A stretch of DNA of 64,000 nt from an uncultured Clostridia bacterium (GTDB lineage: Bacteria > Bacillota > Clostridia > Christensenellales > UBA1242): the NCBI GenBank assembly GCA_944362545.1, contig CALVTJ010000004.1:68494-132493 (forward strand), given 5' to 3'. Within the stretch, counting starts at the first letter, position 1, and every line of letters starts with the position of its first letter. The notes under the pieces are model-generated. The model did no database searches, was not told the DNA's origin, and saw nothing but the letters and a program-made list of their open reading frames with translations. Positions 56,087 through 64,000 of the stretch are shown piece by piece. The translations under genes were made by a program, and so were the position numbers.

Positions 56087-56389
56087 TTAAGACAAACTTT
56101 CAAAGAATGCGATTGGCTTTGACTTTTCTGTAAGTGTGACAATTGCTTTTTTGTAGTCACTTGTCTTGCCAACTGTTCTTCCTTGTTTTGTGTTTTGCGA
56201 TTTTTCATGCCCTTTAACGATGCATGTGTTGACTTTTGCCACTTCGACATTAAAGAGTGTTTCAACTGCATGAGCAATTTGAATTTTGTTTGCTCTCTTA
56301 TCTACAACAAAACCGTAAATCTTGTTTTGAATGCCTGCATAACTTTTTTCTGTAAGAAGTGGTCTGATAATGATTTCATTTGCTTCCAT
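56087..56389 (-). CDS. rplW: 50S ribosomal protein L23
   Basis: IIRPLLTEKSY..FVVDKRANKIQIAHAVE. Confidence 0.95.
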   Translation of the reverse strand: MEANEIIIRPLLTEKSYAGIQNKIYGFVVDKRANKIQIAHAVETLFNVEVAKVNTCIVKGHEKSQNTKQGRTVGKTSDYKKAIVTLTEKSKPIAFFESLS

Positions 56390-57012
56390 TATGCGTTTGC
56401 CTCCTCTAAGAATTTAACTGCGGACTCTGTCAAAACAACATTTCTGTTTGAAACAACATCATATGTGTTCAAAAGTTCAACATTTACGGTGCTGAGATTT
56501 GGGATGTTGTTTGTTGCTTTGAGTTCTTTGTCAGTGTTGTTTGCAGAAACAACCAAAACTGAACCATTAAACTTGAAAGCGTCCATAAATTTTTGAGCAT
56601 CCTTTGTCTTTGCGCTTGCCACCTCAAACTTGTCCAAAACTGTAAGTTCTTTCTGTGCAAGTTTTTGGCTAAGTGCTGACAAAAGGGCTGTTCTTTTCGC
56701 TTGCTTGTTGACTTTCTTTGAAAAGTCTCTTGGCTTTGGAGCAAACACAACTCCACCACCAATGAATTGAGGTCCTTTTGTGGAACCCTGTCTTGCTCTA
56801 CCTGTTCCTTTTTGTCTGTAAGGTTTTGCAGAGTGTCCTCTCACTTCACTTCTTGTAAGTGTGCTTTTGTTCCCTTGTCTTTGGTTTGCGTTGTAAGCAA
56901 CCACAACTTCATGGATGAGAGGTTCGTTATATTCTACGCCGAAAACTTCATTTTTGAGGTTCAAAGAACCAACTTCTTCGGCTTTCATGTTATAAACTTT
57001 AACCTTTGCCAT
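56389..57012 (-). CDS. rplD: 50S ribosomal protein L4
   Basis: NQRQGNKSTLTRSEVRGHSAKPYRQKGTGRARQGS. Confidence 0.96.
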   Translation of the reverse strand: MAKVKVYNMKAEEVGSLNLKNEVFGVEYNEPLIHEVVVAYNANQRQGNKSTLTRSEVRGHSAKPYRQKGTGRARQGSTKGPQFIGGGVVFAPKPRDFSKKVNKQAKRTALLSALSQKLAQKELTVLDKFEVASAKTKDAQKFMDAFKFNGSVLVVSANNTDKELKATNNIPNLSTVNVELLNTYDVVSNRNVVLTESAVKFLEEANA

Positions 57013-57028
57013 TTCCGTTCTCCTTAAA

Positions 57029-57646
57029 TTACTTTACAGATTGTCTGATAGTAAGGATGGAACCTTTGCTACCTGGAACATTACCCTTTATCAAAAGTAA
57101 GTTTCTATCTGCATCGACTTTGACAATTTCCAAGTTTTGAATGGTCACCTTTTCGTTTCCATATTCACCTGGCATATGCTTGTTTTTGAAAACTCTTGAT
57201 GGAGTGGAGTTTGCACTCATAGAACCAACTTCTCTGTGAACAGGTCCTGTTCCGTGAGTCATCTTAAGTCTGTGTTGGTTCCATCTCTTGATAACGCCTG
57301 AAAATCCGTGACCCTTTGTTATTCCAGAAACATCAACTCTGTCTTTTGCACTGAAGATATCTGCCTTAACAACTGCACCAACTTCCAAATTTCCGTCAAG
57401 CGCAAATTCTCTCAAAACCTTGAATGGTTCGGTCTTTGCCTTGTCAAAAATTCCCTTTTGTGGTTTTGTCACATTTTTCTTCTTCTGGTCAAAGGCACAA
57501 ACATAAGTGTCATAGCCATCAACTTCTTTTGTCTTTTTCTGCACAACTGTCATTGGACCAGCTTCAACAACAGTCACAGGTATAACCAAACCGTCATCAG
57601 TAAAGACTTGTGTCATACCGAGTTTTTTACCTAATATACCTTTCAC
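57029..57646 (-). CDS. rplC: 50S ribosomal protein L3
   Basis: [31 protein letters not shown]. Confidence 0.96.
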   Translation of the reverse strand: MKGILGKKLGMTQVFTDDGLVIPVTVVEAGPMTVVQKKTKEVDGYDTYVCAFDQKKKNVTKPQKGIFDKAKTEPFKVLREFALDGNLEVGAVVKADIFSAKDRVDVSGITKGHGFSGVIKRWNQHRLKMTHGTGPVHREVGSMSANSTPSRVFKNKHMPGEYGNEKVTIQNLEIVKVDADRNLLLIKGNVPGSKGSILTIRQSVK

Positions 57647-57660
57647 TTCTCTTTACCTCC

Positions 57661-57969
57661 TTACAGTTTGATGCTAATCTCAACGCCGGCAGGCAATTCA
57701 AGTTTCATAAGTGCATCAATAGCCCTTGCGTTTGGATTGTAGATATCAATAAGTCTTTTGTGGGTTTTGCTTTCAAATTGTTCTCTTGAATCTTTATCCT
57801 TGTGTGGAGAACGAATCACAGTGACCACTTCTCTGTCTGTTGGAAGTGGAATAGGCCCAGAAACCTTTGCACCATTCTTGCCAGCAGTTTCAATAATTCT
57901 CTTGCAAGCTTCATCAATAAGTGTGTGTTCATAGGCTTTAAGTTTAATTCTCATTTTTTGTGTTGCCAT
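57661..57969 (-). CDS. rpsJ: 30S ribosomal protein S10
   Basis: [34 protein letters not shown]. Start trimmed to ATG 57969 after AGGAGG. Confidence 0.95.
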   Translation of the reverse strand: MATQKMRIKLKAYEHTLIDEACKRIIETAGKNGAKVSGPIPLPTDREVVTVIRSPHKDKDSREQFESKTHKRLIDIYNPNARAIDALMKLELPAGVEISIKL

Positions 57970-58241
57970 TTTTCTTTTCTTAACCTCCTGTATCAACTTA
58001 CTCAAAATGTTGCATTTTTTCAAACGGGTGATGTGTTTTTTGTGCAAGCATTGTTCCCACAACAATTTTTCTTGACAGTGTCGAACACTATCCCGTGTGT
58101 GTCATGCTGTTTGACTTAAAAAAATGTCATTTTGGTCGCCCCGGCATCTTTGACCGAAACTCTGGTCCATGCAAATTTTCTTGTTGTCGCTTGTTTGACA
58201 CAAGTAACCTTGCACTTCATCCCATAAATAACAGCAAGCTT

Positions 58242-58270
58242 ATTATAACAGACAAAACATCATTTGTCAA
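58242..58270 (-). promoter_or_regulatory. Consensus sigma-A promoter of the S10-spc-alpha supercluster
   Basis: Minus strand: TTGACA (58265-58270), 17-nt spacer, TATAAT (58242-58247). This leaves a leader of about 265 nt before rpsJ. Confidence 0.7.
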
Positions 58271-58433
58271 CACATTTTCAAAAGAAAAAAAATTTCTTGT
58301 CATTTTCCAAAATTTTAATATATTTGGTCAACCGTTATATATTTTAAATTTAAATATATCAACATAAAGAAAAACCATATATCTCACACATCTCAAAATA
58401 AAAAACAACCATTTTAGGCTGTTTTATAAGTTG

Positions 58434-58979
58434 TTATTTGTTTAACTCATCATTAAAATCATTATATGGAGGTTTTTTAGGTTCTTTCTCATACATTTCT
58501 TCAAACCAGTCAAAGCCATACTCTCTCTTGCGCTCAACACGATTATCTACTAAAATTTCAAACTTGTCAAAGTTTTGTCTGCTGTCCCACATTTTCTTCA
58601 AATCAGCAGATACTAGATTCACAACAAATCCCTCCATTTTCATTCCTTTAATTTTTTGATTTACTCGTGGAACGACAAATTCTCCTGGAATATTGTCAAA
58701 TAAAAAGACCCAAAATGCTTCTTTCAATTCAAAAACGGCATTTTTAATGATGCCTTCCAATTTTTTGTTGACCATAAAAGGTCTCAATTCGCCATTTTCA
58801 CCTTTTTCTATTTTTGTAGTAAATTTAACTGTCGGATCAATCTCTGCAACATATTTGCCAGAAAAATAAAGTTTGTATATTCTTTGGTCATAAATACTGT
58901 TCCCAAGGACTTTCAAAAGCCCCTTAAATGGTCTTTCAAATTCTACCTGCCAATCTAAAATGGCCTTCTTTTTCTCCAT
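58434..58979 (-). CDS. Hypothetical protein (orphan, AT-rich)
   Basis: 181 aa with a GGGGTG RBS. No recognisable motifs. Confidence 0.55.
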   Translation of the reverse strand: MEKKKAILDWQVEFERPFKGLLKVLGNSIYDQRIYKLYFSGKYVAEIDPTVKFTTKIEKGENGELRPFMVNKKLEGIIKNAVFELKEAFWVFLFDNIPGEFVVPRVNQKIKGMKMEGFVVNLVSADLKKMWDSRQNFDKFEILVDNRVERKREYGFDWFEEMYEKEPKKPPYNDFNDELNK

Positions 58980-59052
58980 ATTTCACCCCTTCAACAAAGG
59001 AATTATAAATCACGTATAATTATAAGTCAATAGTAAAAAGTGTTATTTCCCA

Positions 59053-59703
59053 TTAGAATTGAAAATGAATTGTTTTACAATGACCAATTACATTTGTCTT
59101 TGTCAATGTTCTGAAATATTTTTCCGCTTGGTCCTTGCAATAATTTTTGTTTATGGCATTTTCATCCATAACATTTTTAAATTCCATTTTTTGTCTCTCA
59201 AAATAAAGCAAAACATTATCAACAAATTCATTATTTTCGATACATTCTTTTGGCATTGATGCACAAAAATGCTCATACCCTTGCATACTTTTTGTGACAT
59301 CATATGTGTTTAAAAGAGTGGAAACTGTCATCTCAATTTCACGATTATCAAGCAAATCATCCACACTTTCAATGTCAAGTTTTTTGGAAAATTGTGGATA
59401 TCTCAACACCCCGTTTCTGTGTATCACAGAAAGGTTTGTGCCATTCTTGTTTTCCACTAAACAAAAATTGCCTTCAAAATAACCATTTTCAATCGCATAT
59501 AATCTTACATCAGAATTTTTTGAGATATAAATACGATTTTCGTTTTTAAATTCCAAATAAATGTACTCCCAGTTTGGTTGTGATACAACATAACAATTTG
59601 GAAAGTTTTTCACCTTAACACCCAATGCTTTTTCAAAAGGAATTCTTTCGTTGAGACCATTGTCAATGTCAAGTTGTAAATAATTTTCACTTAAGTTCCT
59701 CAT
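59053..59703 (-). CDS. Hypothetical protein (orphan, AT-rich)
   Basis: 216 aa with a GAGGAG RBS. No recognisable motifs. Confidence 0.55.
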   Translation of the reverse strand: MRNLSENYLQLDIDNGLNERIPFEKALGVKVKNFPNCYVVSQPNWEYIYLEFKNENRIYISKNSDVRLYAIENGYFEGNFCLVENKNGTNLSVIHRNGVLRYPQFSKKLDIESVDDLLDNREIEMTVSTLLNTYDVTKSMQGYEHFCASMPKECIENNEFVDNVLLYFERQKMEFKNVMDENAINKNYCKDQAEKYFRTLTKTNVIGHCKTIHFQF

Positions 59704-59906
59704 AATTTTCTCCTCAACCGCAAAATGCGGACAGCCAATATTCTATCATTCACCTATATAAAAGTCAATAGCTAAAAAATGCCAAATTTGTCGAATTTCT
59801 TCAAGAGGCATCTGATTTTTGAAACAATTTTTCTTCCTTTCTTGAAAATCGTGCTAAAATATTGTGAAAAAAAACAGATTGTGCTAAAATAGCACTATCA
59901 AACTTT

Positions 59907-59981
59907 CGGAGTGTAGCGCAGGGGTAGCGCGCACGGTTCGGGACCGTGAGGCCATGAGTTCAAATCTCATCACTCCGACCA
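59907..59981 (+). tRNA. tRNA-Pro (anticodon CGG), CCA encoded
   Basis: Folded by hand. Acceptor CGGAGTG/CACTCCG, D stem GCGC/GCGC, anticodon stem CACGG/CCGTG with loop TTCGGGA (CGG, G37), T arm ATGAG-TTCAAAT-CTCAT, discriminator A plus CCA. Confidence 0.9.
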
Positions 59982-60014
59982 AAAAAATGGTGCTCTGTTT
60001 TGCGCCATTTTTTA
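59982..60014. terminator. Bidirectional intrinsic terminator (tRNA-Pro / ABC exporter)
   Basis: ATGGTGC (59987-59993) / GCGCCAT (60002-60008), one G-U pair, A-run before and T-run after. Confidence 0.7.
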
Positions 60015-60053
60015 TTTTATTTTTTGATAATTTTTCTTTGTTTTCCGTTATTT

Positions 60054-61904
60054 TTAAATATTCTCTGCCAAAAACATGGTTTTGAATTTTTCATTGCGAT
60101 TAAACAATTCATCAAACGTGCCGGTGTCGATGATTTTTCCTTCATCCAAAAAGAAGATTTCATCGGCATCCTTGATTGTTGAAAGCCTGTGCGCAACAAT
60201 CACCACTGTGCTTTTGCCCTTCAGTCCATCAATACTCTCTTTGATGGCATTCTGTGCAAAATTGTCCAGCGAACTTGTGCTTTCATCAAAAATGATGATA
60301 TTTGAATTTCGAAGTAGTGCCCTTGCAATTGCCAAACGCTGTTTTTGTCCACCTGATAGTTTTATTCCGCTTTCTCCAACCTTTGTGTCCATGCCCTTTG
60401 GAAGAGAGGAAACAAATTCATCCAAATTAGCCTTTTTGATAGCATCCCAAACTTCTTCATCGGTGGCATCTTCTTTTGCCAAAATCAAATTTTCTTTGAT
60501 TGTCATGTCAAAGATGTAAGGAAATTGATTTACAAGTGAAATTGTGCTACGCAAAGTTGATTTGTCAAGTGTGGTTATGTCCACACCATTAATCAAAACC
60601 TGTCCAGAGTCCGCTTCATACATCTTGCTCATCAAATTCAGAATTGTCGATTTCCCACTTCCGCTCTTTCCAACAAATGCTACAGTGGTGTTTGGCTCAA
60701 TCTTAAATGACAAATTGTCAAAAATTTTGTTCTCCGATACAAGATTTTTAACAACCTTGGCATTTTTCTTCTTTTTTCCATCTTCATCATTTTCTGTTTT
60801 GTATTCATATTCTCGGAAAGTGAAGGAAACATTTTTAAATTCAATTTCGCCGGCAAGATTGTCGATGTGGCGTGTACCAAAATGCTCGGTCACAAACTCA
60901 TTTTCATCAAAGAGTGAAAACATTCTCCTGTGACAAACTTTGATGTTGACAAAAATATTTCCCAAATTGCCGATTCCATAAACAACATGCCACAGAGAAT
61001 CTCTGTTTGAATAAACAATCAAAAATGCTGTCAAAGTCAATAATCCCTTATCCATGAGATACAATCCCAAAATCAATACACAAAATGTGCCGACATTTAT
61101 GATAAAGTTTCTCAAAGACCAAAAAGATGTGTCCACCATGTCAAGTTTAAATCTGTGATTTCGATAATCCTCATAATAATCATTTGAGACTTTTGACAAC
61201 TTTGTCTCCAAACCAAGAGATTTGATGTCCTTTTCACTTCTAACAATTTCTGTCGTCAAAGAATGAACTTTGTCATTTTTCTTTCTGACAATCCATCTGT
61301 TTTTCCTTCTGATTTTCACACGAAGATACTCAACAATTCCCGCAATGATTATAATGCCCACCATTGCAATGGCAATCCAAGGATTGAGCGTGATAATGTA
61401 GATAAGCATAACTACAGCAGTGATGACACTTGTTATCACATCAACAACCGTGGCAAGATTGTCCACAATTTGCGCAGGATCTTCAACAATTCTCTGCACA
61501 AATGTGCCGGTGTCGTGATCATTGTATGTTTTTGAATTGAGTTTAAAAGCCTGTTTTGCCAAATCCAAATTTAGGTCAGCCATGATTCTGTTGGAATATT
61601 TAAAGTAAACAATATTTGTACAATACCAGCAAATCCTTTGTACAACACATATTCCAATAATAATCAAAAGCAAATAAAGTGGTCTGCTAAAATCTGATGA
61701 AACAACCGAGACACTTATTTCATCAATCAAATTTGCTAAAAAAAGTGTCAGGAAAATATCACAAACACAAGCCACAAGTGTCAAAAAAATATACAGCGCA
61801 ATCCATCCATTGTATTTTTTTAGATATTTCCAAAGACTTGGTTTTTGTGTTTTCTGCACCACCGATTCGGTTTTTTGTGCATTTGACTGTGTTTTTGCTC
61901 TCAT
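60054..61904 (-). CDS. ABC transporter, fused permease/ATPase (type I exporter, MsbA-like)
   Basis: 616 aa. 6-TM domain, then Walker A GKSGSGKST, signature LSGGQKQR, Walker B IIIFDE. Confidence 0.9.
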   Translation of the reverse strand: MRAKTQSNAQKTESVVQKTQKPSLWKYLKKYNGWIALYIFLTLVACVCDIFLTLFLANLIDEISVSVVSSDFSRPLYLLLIIIGICVVQRICWYCTNIVYFKYSNRIMADLNLDLAKQAFKLNSKTYNDHDTGTFVQRIVEDPAQIVDNLATVVDVITSVITAVVMLIYIITLNPWIAIAMVGIIIIAGIVEYLRVKIRRKNRWIVRKKNDKVHSLTTEIVRSEKDIKSLGLETKLSKVSNDYYEDYRNHRFKLDMVDTSFWSLRNFIINVGTFCVLILGLYLMDKGLLTLTAFLIVYSNRDSLWHVVYGIGNLGNIFVNIKVCHRRMFSLFDENEFVTEHFGTRHIDNLAGEIEFKNVSFTFREYEYKTENDEDGKKKKNAKVVKNLVSENKIFDNLSFKIEPNTTVAFVGKSGSGKSTILNLMSKMYEADSGQVLINGVDITTLDKSTLRSTISLVNQFPYIFDMTIKENLILAKEDATDEEVWDAIKKANLDEFVSSLPKGMDTKVGESGIKLSGGQKQRLAIARALLRNSNIIIFDESTSSLDNFAQNAIKESIDGLKGKSTVVIVAHRLSTIKDADEIFFLDEGKIIDTGTFDELFNRNEKFKTMFLAENI

Positions 61905-62027
61905 TTTTCTCCATAATTGGCATTTTTCAAATGTTTTTCCCCGTTTAATATAGCATCAAAAAATCATTTTGTCAATATTTAAAAAAACTATAAAAAAATG
62001 TGGAATTTCACATCCACATTTTAAATA

Positions 62028-62381
62028 TTAAAGTTGTTTTTCTGCCCCTTTTACAAGATGATTGTTGATGTACTTTGTCATTTCTTCTTTCATCCTCGCT
62101 CGGGCTTCTTCCACAGTCTTAGTCATAAAAAGCACCCCAACCAAATCTTTTTGCTTCTCACTCCAAACACCAGCAAAATATTCGGTCTTTGCCGATCTGT
62201 TTGGATCTTTTTCAATTACTCCATAATATGCTGTCCATTTTCCATTTTCTCTAACTCTCTTCATGAAGTAGACCTCTGCTTCTCCACCATTCCGCCTGCT
62301 GTTATCCTCAACATAAGAGAGAGTGTCGAGCATCTCCGGCGACAACTCCCTTATTTGTTTTGGTGTCAAATTCAATCTCAT
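62028..62381 (-). CDS. Hypothetical protein
   Basis: 117 aa with a GGGAGG RBS. No family recognised. Confidence 0.55.
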   Translation of the reverse strand: MRLNLTPKQIRELSPEMLDTLSYVEDNSRRNGGEAEVYFMKRVRENGKWTAYYGVIEKDPNRSAKTEYFAGVWSEKQKDLVGVLFMTKTVEEARARMKEEMTKYINNHLVKGAEKQL

Positions 62382-62435
62382 ATTTTATCCTCCCTTTTTC
62401 ATATAAGTTTATTTTATCACAATTATCTTTTTATG

Positions 62436-63194
62436 TCAATTTTCATTCGTTTTATTTGATGAACTAGCATCTGTTTGCTCATTATTTTCATCCGGGACAT
62501 TAGTTTTTTGAACATTTTGATTTTTCAATTCATTTTGTTCACTAATTTCCATATTCTCTTCATTGGATATATTTGAATCTTTTTTCGTTCTCTTTTTGCT
62601 TTTATTTCCTTGTTTCTTCTTGTCCTTCTTCTTACCAAAATGGAAAATACTCAAAATCTTCCCCAAAATCAAAATGATTTGATCGGCATGCTCCAGTGAG
62701 TATCTCTTCATAAATGCCTTGCCAGAAATAAGAAGCGCCGCAATCACAGCCGAAACAAGGGAAGATACCACAACGCCCATGATGTCGCTCATATTCTGTG
62801 TGATTAGTGCGGTTGCTACGGCAGCACCAGCCGCACCACTCAAGATTGAGCATATATCGCCCAAAATGTCCGCAACAATGCTTGAAACCCTGTCCGCGTT
62901 TTTCTGCAGAATGATTGCTTCCTTCGCCCCTCTAACCTTTCTTGATGCCATGGCACGATAATTCTTTTCATCGCACGCAGTGATAGCCACTCCAATCATA
63001 TCTGTCAAAATGGCAATCACCAAAAAGACCACAATGACCACAATTGCCACAGCAATGTTTGCACCATTGAGTGCCACTTCGCTCAAAACACCAAATGCCA
63101 TTGAAAGCGAAAATGACAAAACCAGCACAATCAGTGGCCAGCGAAAATATTTTTTAAATTTGGATTCAGTTTGCTTTTTCTTTTTGGGGTGCAT
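62436..63194 (-). CDS. Four-TM membrane protein with a DUF21/CNNM-like core and a disordered basic/polar tail (OapA-like context)
   Basis: TAGGAG RBS. 4 predicted TM helices. SRKVRGAKEAIILQKNADRVSSIVADILGDICSILSGAAG resembles the DUF21 inter-helix pattern. The C-terminal tail of about 70 aa is K/N/E-rich. Confidence 0.65.
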   Translation of the reverse strand: MHPKKKKQTESKFKKYFRWPLIVLVLSFSLSMAFGVLSEVALNGANIAVAIVVIVVFLVIAILTDMIGVAITACDEKNYRAMASRKVRGAKEAIILQKNADRVSSIVADILGDICSILSGAAGAAVATALITQNMSDIMGVVVSSLVSAVIAALLISGKAFMKRYSLEHADQIILILGKILSIFHFGKKKDKKKQGNKSKKRTKKDSNISNEENMEISEQNELKNQNVQKTNVPDENNEQTDASSSNKTNEN

Positions 63195-63250
63195 AAATTT
63201 TTACTCCTATTATATTCTAAAAATAAATTTGTTTTGTCAGAAACTTTTAC

Positions 63251-63279
63251 ATTATAACATGAAGAAAACAAATTTACAA
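63251..63279 (-). promoter_or_regulatory. Sigma-A promoter of the 62436-63194 membrane-protein gene
   Basis: Minus strand: TTGTAA (63274-63279), 17-nt spacer, TATAAT (63251-63256). Confidence 0.55.
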
Positions 63280-63285
63280 ATAATC

Positions 63286-63310
63286 AAAAATAGAGCCATG
63301 CTTGGCTCTA
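63286..63310 (-). terminator. Intrinsic terminator ending the large ncRNA candidate
   Basis: Minus strand: TAGAGCCA-AGCA-TGGCTCTA (63291-63310) followed by TTTTT (63286-63290). Confidence 0.8.
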
Positions 63311-63875
63311 CTTGAAGACAGCAAAATCAGTAAACCTTGTGTCATAGGTTCGGTCGGATTTCCCGTTTCCGCACTCCATGTCACCATGTGAGCAGTTTCC
63401 TTTTAAGCAGAAACAAACACCGAATCGCCACTTAGAACACACTATAATCCTGTTTTTGCTTGCAAAAATGCAACAGTCTAGAAGTTTTCCTTGACAATTT
63501 CAGATGTTATTATCTTCTTTTGCAGACATAGTTTCATGAGCAGATAACAGTTTGTGTTGGCCGACACGAAACAGTTATGAAAACCTCAATTCCCATTATG
63601 TCCACTCAAAGCAGGCTACACTGCACACAGTTATTCCCGCAATGCAGGTTCTTCCCTAGAGAGTGGAGAATTTGTAATTCTGCACCCTGTTAGGTCTCCA
63701 CGAAAATTGGGTCGCCAGCTGTATGCCATTACAACCTGCCCAAAATTCTTAACTTCCAGCACCTGCCCCGATTTGGGCAATCAAAGCACGCACCAGAAAC
63801 TTCATCGGTGTGCCCTTCAACGCATTTTCATCGTCTTTCTAACAGTGAAACTGACTAGAATACTGCATCTTCAAG
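63286..63875 (-). ncRNA. Candidate large structured non-coding RNA (about 590 nt; OLE/ROOL size class)
   Basis: No ORF of 60 aa or more on either strand. Has its own consensus promoter and terminator. GC-enriched (30/60 at 63601-63660) against flanks (14/60 at 63901-63960). 8-bp closing helix 63868-63875:63311-63318, plus many local and long-range complementary segments. Confidence 0.6.
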
Positions 63876-63879
63876 ATAT

Positions 63880-63908
63880 ATTATAACATATCTATGTAAA
63901 AAAATCAA
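63880..63908 (-). promoter_or_regulatory. Near-consensus sigma-A promoter of the ncRNA candidate
   Basis: Minus strand: TTGATT (63903-63908), 17-nt spacer, TATAAT (63880-63885). The predicted start falls a few nt before the closing-helix strand CTTGAAGA. Confidence 0.65.
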
Positions 63909-63948
63909 CTATTGCATTTTGACTCTTGTCACTATCAAAATTTTCAAA

Positions 63949-63981
63949 TAAAAAATAGTGAAACTCATTTTTATCCACTAT
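63949..63981 (-). terminator. Intrinsic terminator of a gene lying beyond the window end
   Basis: Minus strand: ATAGTGG..CACTAT hairpin followed by TTTTTT. Confidence 0.55.
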
Positions 63982-64000
63982 CTTGTTGATTGAAAAATTG

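Noticed and set aside
59704-60054. tRNA-Pro as an integration site for a mobile element (integrase, att repeats).
   Set aside because: There is no integrase or recombinase gene in the window. I saw no duplicate of the tRNA 3' end. The orphan genes lie on the 5' side of the tRNA, which is atypical for tRNA-targeted islands.
63286-63875. Whether the large ORF-free element could be RNase P RNA, tmRNA, SRP RNA or an ORF-less group II intron.
   Set aside because: I found no GAGGAAAGUCC-type RNase P core. There is no GGGG 5' end or tRNA-like ..UCCACCA 3' end as in tmRNA. There is no SRP domain IV motif. There is no GUGYG 5' end with a domain V (..AGC..GAAA..GGUUC) hairpin. At about 590 nt it also does not fit SRP RNA or 6S RNA.
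1-64000. CRISPR arrays, rRNA operons, transposases or IS elements, and prophage structural genes.
   Set aside because: None was seen. There are no regularly spaced direct repeats, no rRNA-like ORF-free blocks other than the 63.3-63.9 kb element, and no DDE, serine or tyrosine recombinase motifs in any ORF.

Overview
This 64-kb window comes from a low-GC Firmicute of the endospore-forming lineage. That placement is an inference from spoIIE, whiA, a cwlD-like amidase and Bacillus/Clostridium-type gene order. Most genes are on the minus strand.

Core content:
- fmt-def-priA-rpoZ, a mazEF-type toxin-antitoxin pair next to acpS, then recX.
- tyrS behind a Tyr T-box leader.
- tilS and spoIIE.
- tkt, pfkA, dnaE, whiA, dtd and murB.
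- A complete alpha/spc/S10 ribosomal-protein supercluster (rplQ to rpsJ, 42.4-58.0 kb) driven by a consensus promoter with a long leader.
- One tRNA-Pro(CGG) and an MsbA-like ABC exporter.

Accessory or unusual content:
1. A self-contained, ORF-free, GC-enriched unit of about 590 nt at 63.29-63.88 kb. It has its own consensus promoter, an intrinsic terminator and a terminal closing helix. It sits directly upstream of a 4-TM DUF21-like membrane protein. I read it as a large structured ncRNA with OLE/OapA-like size and context. A YbzG/OapB-family KOW protein is also present, in the ribosomal cluster.
2. A barnase-type RNase fused to a MuF (SPP1 gp7) C-terminal zinc fragment, followed by a barstar-like immunity gene and a separately promoted ankyrin-repeat protein.
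3. A very AT-rich type II restriction-modification island: a gamma-class N6-adenine methyltransferase plus a PD-(D/E)XK nuclease.
4. An operon of unknown function pairing a NifU-like protein with a GGGtGRT-family protein.
5. An L24 with a Cys4 zinc ribbon and a long lysine-rich tail.
6. Several orphan low-GC genes and structured intergenic segments.

No CRISPR array, transposase, integrase or rRNA was seen. All family assignments come from reading motifs by eye; no database search was run.
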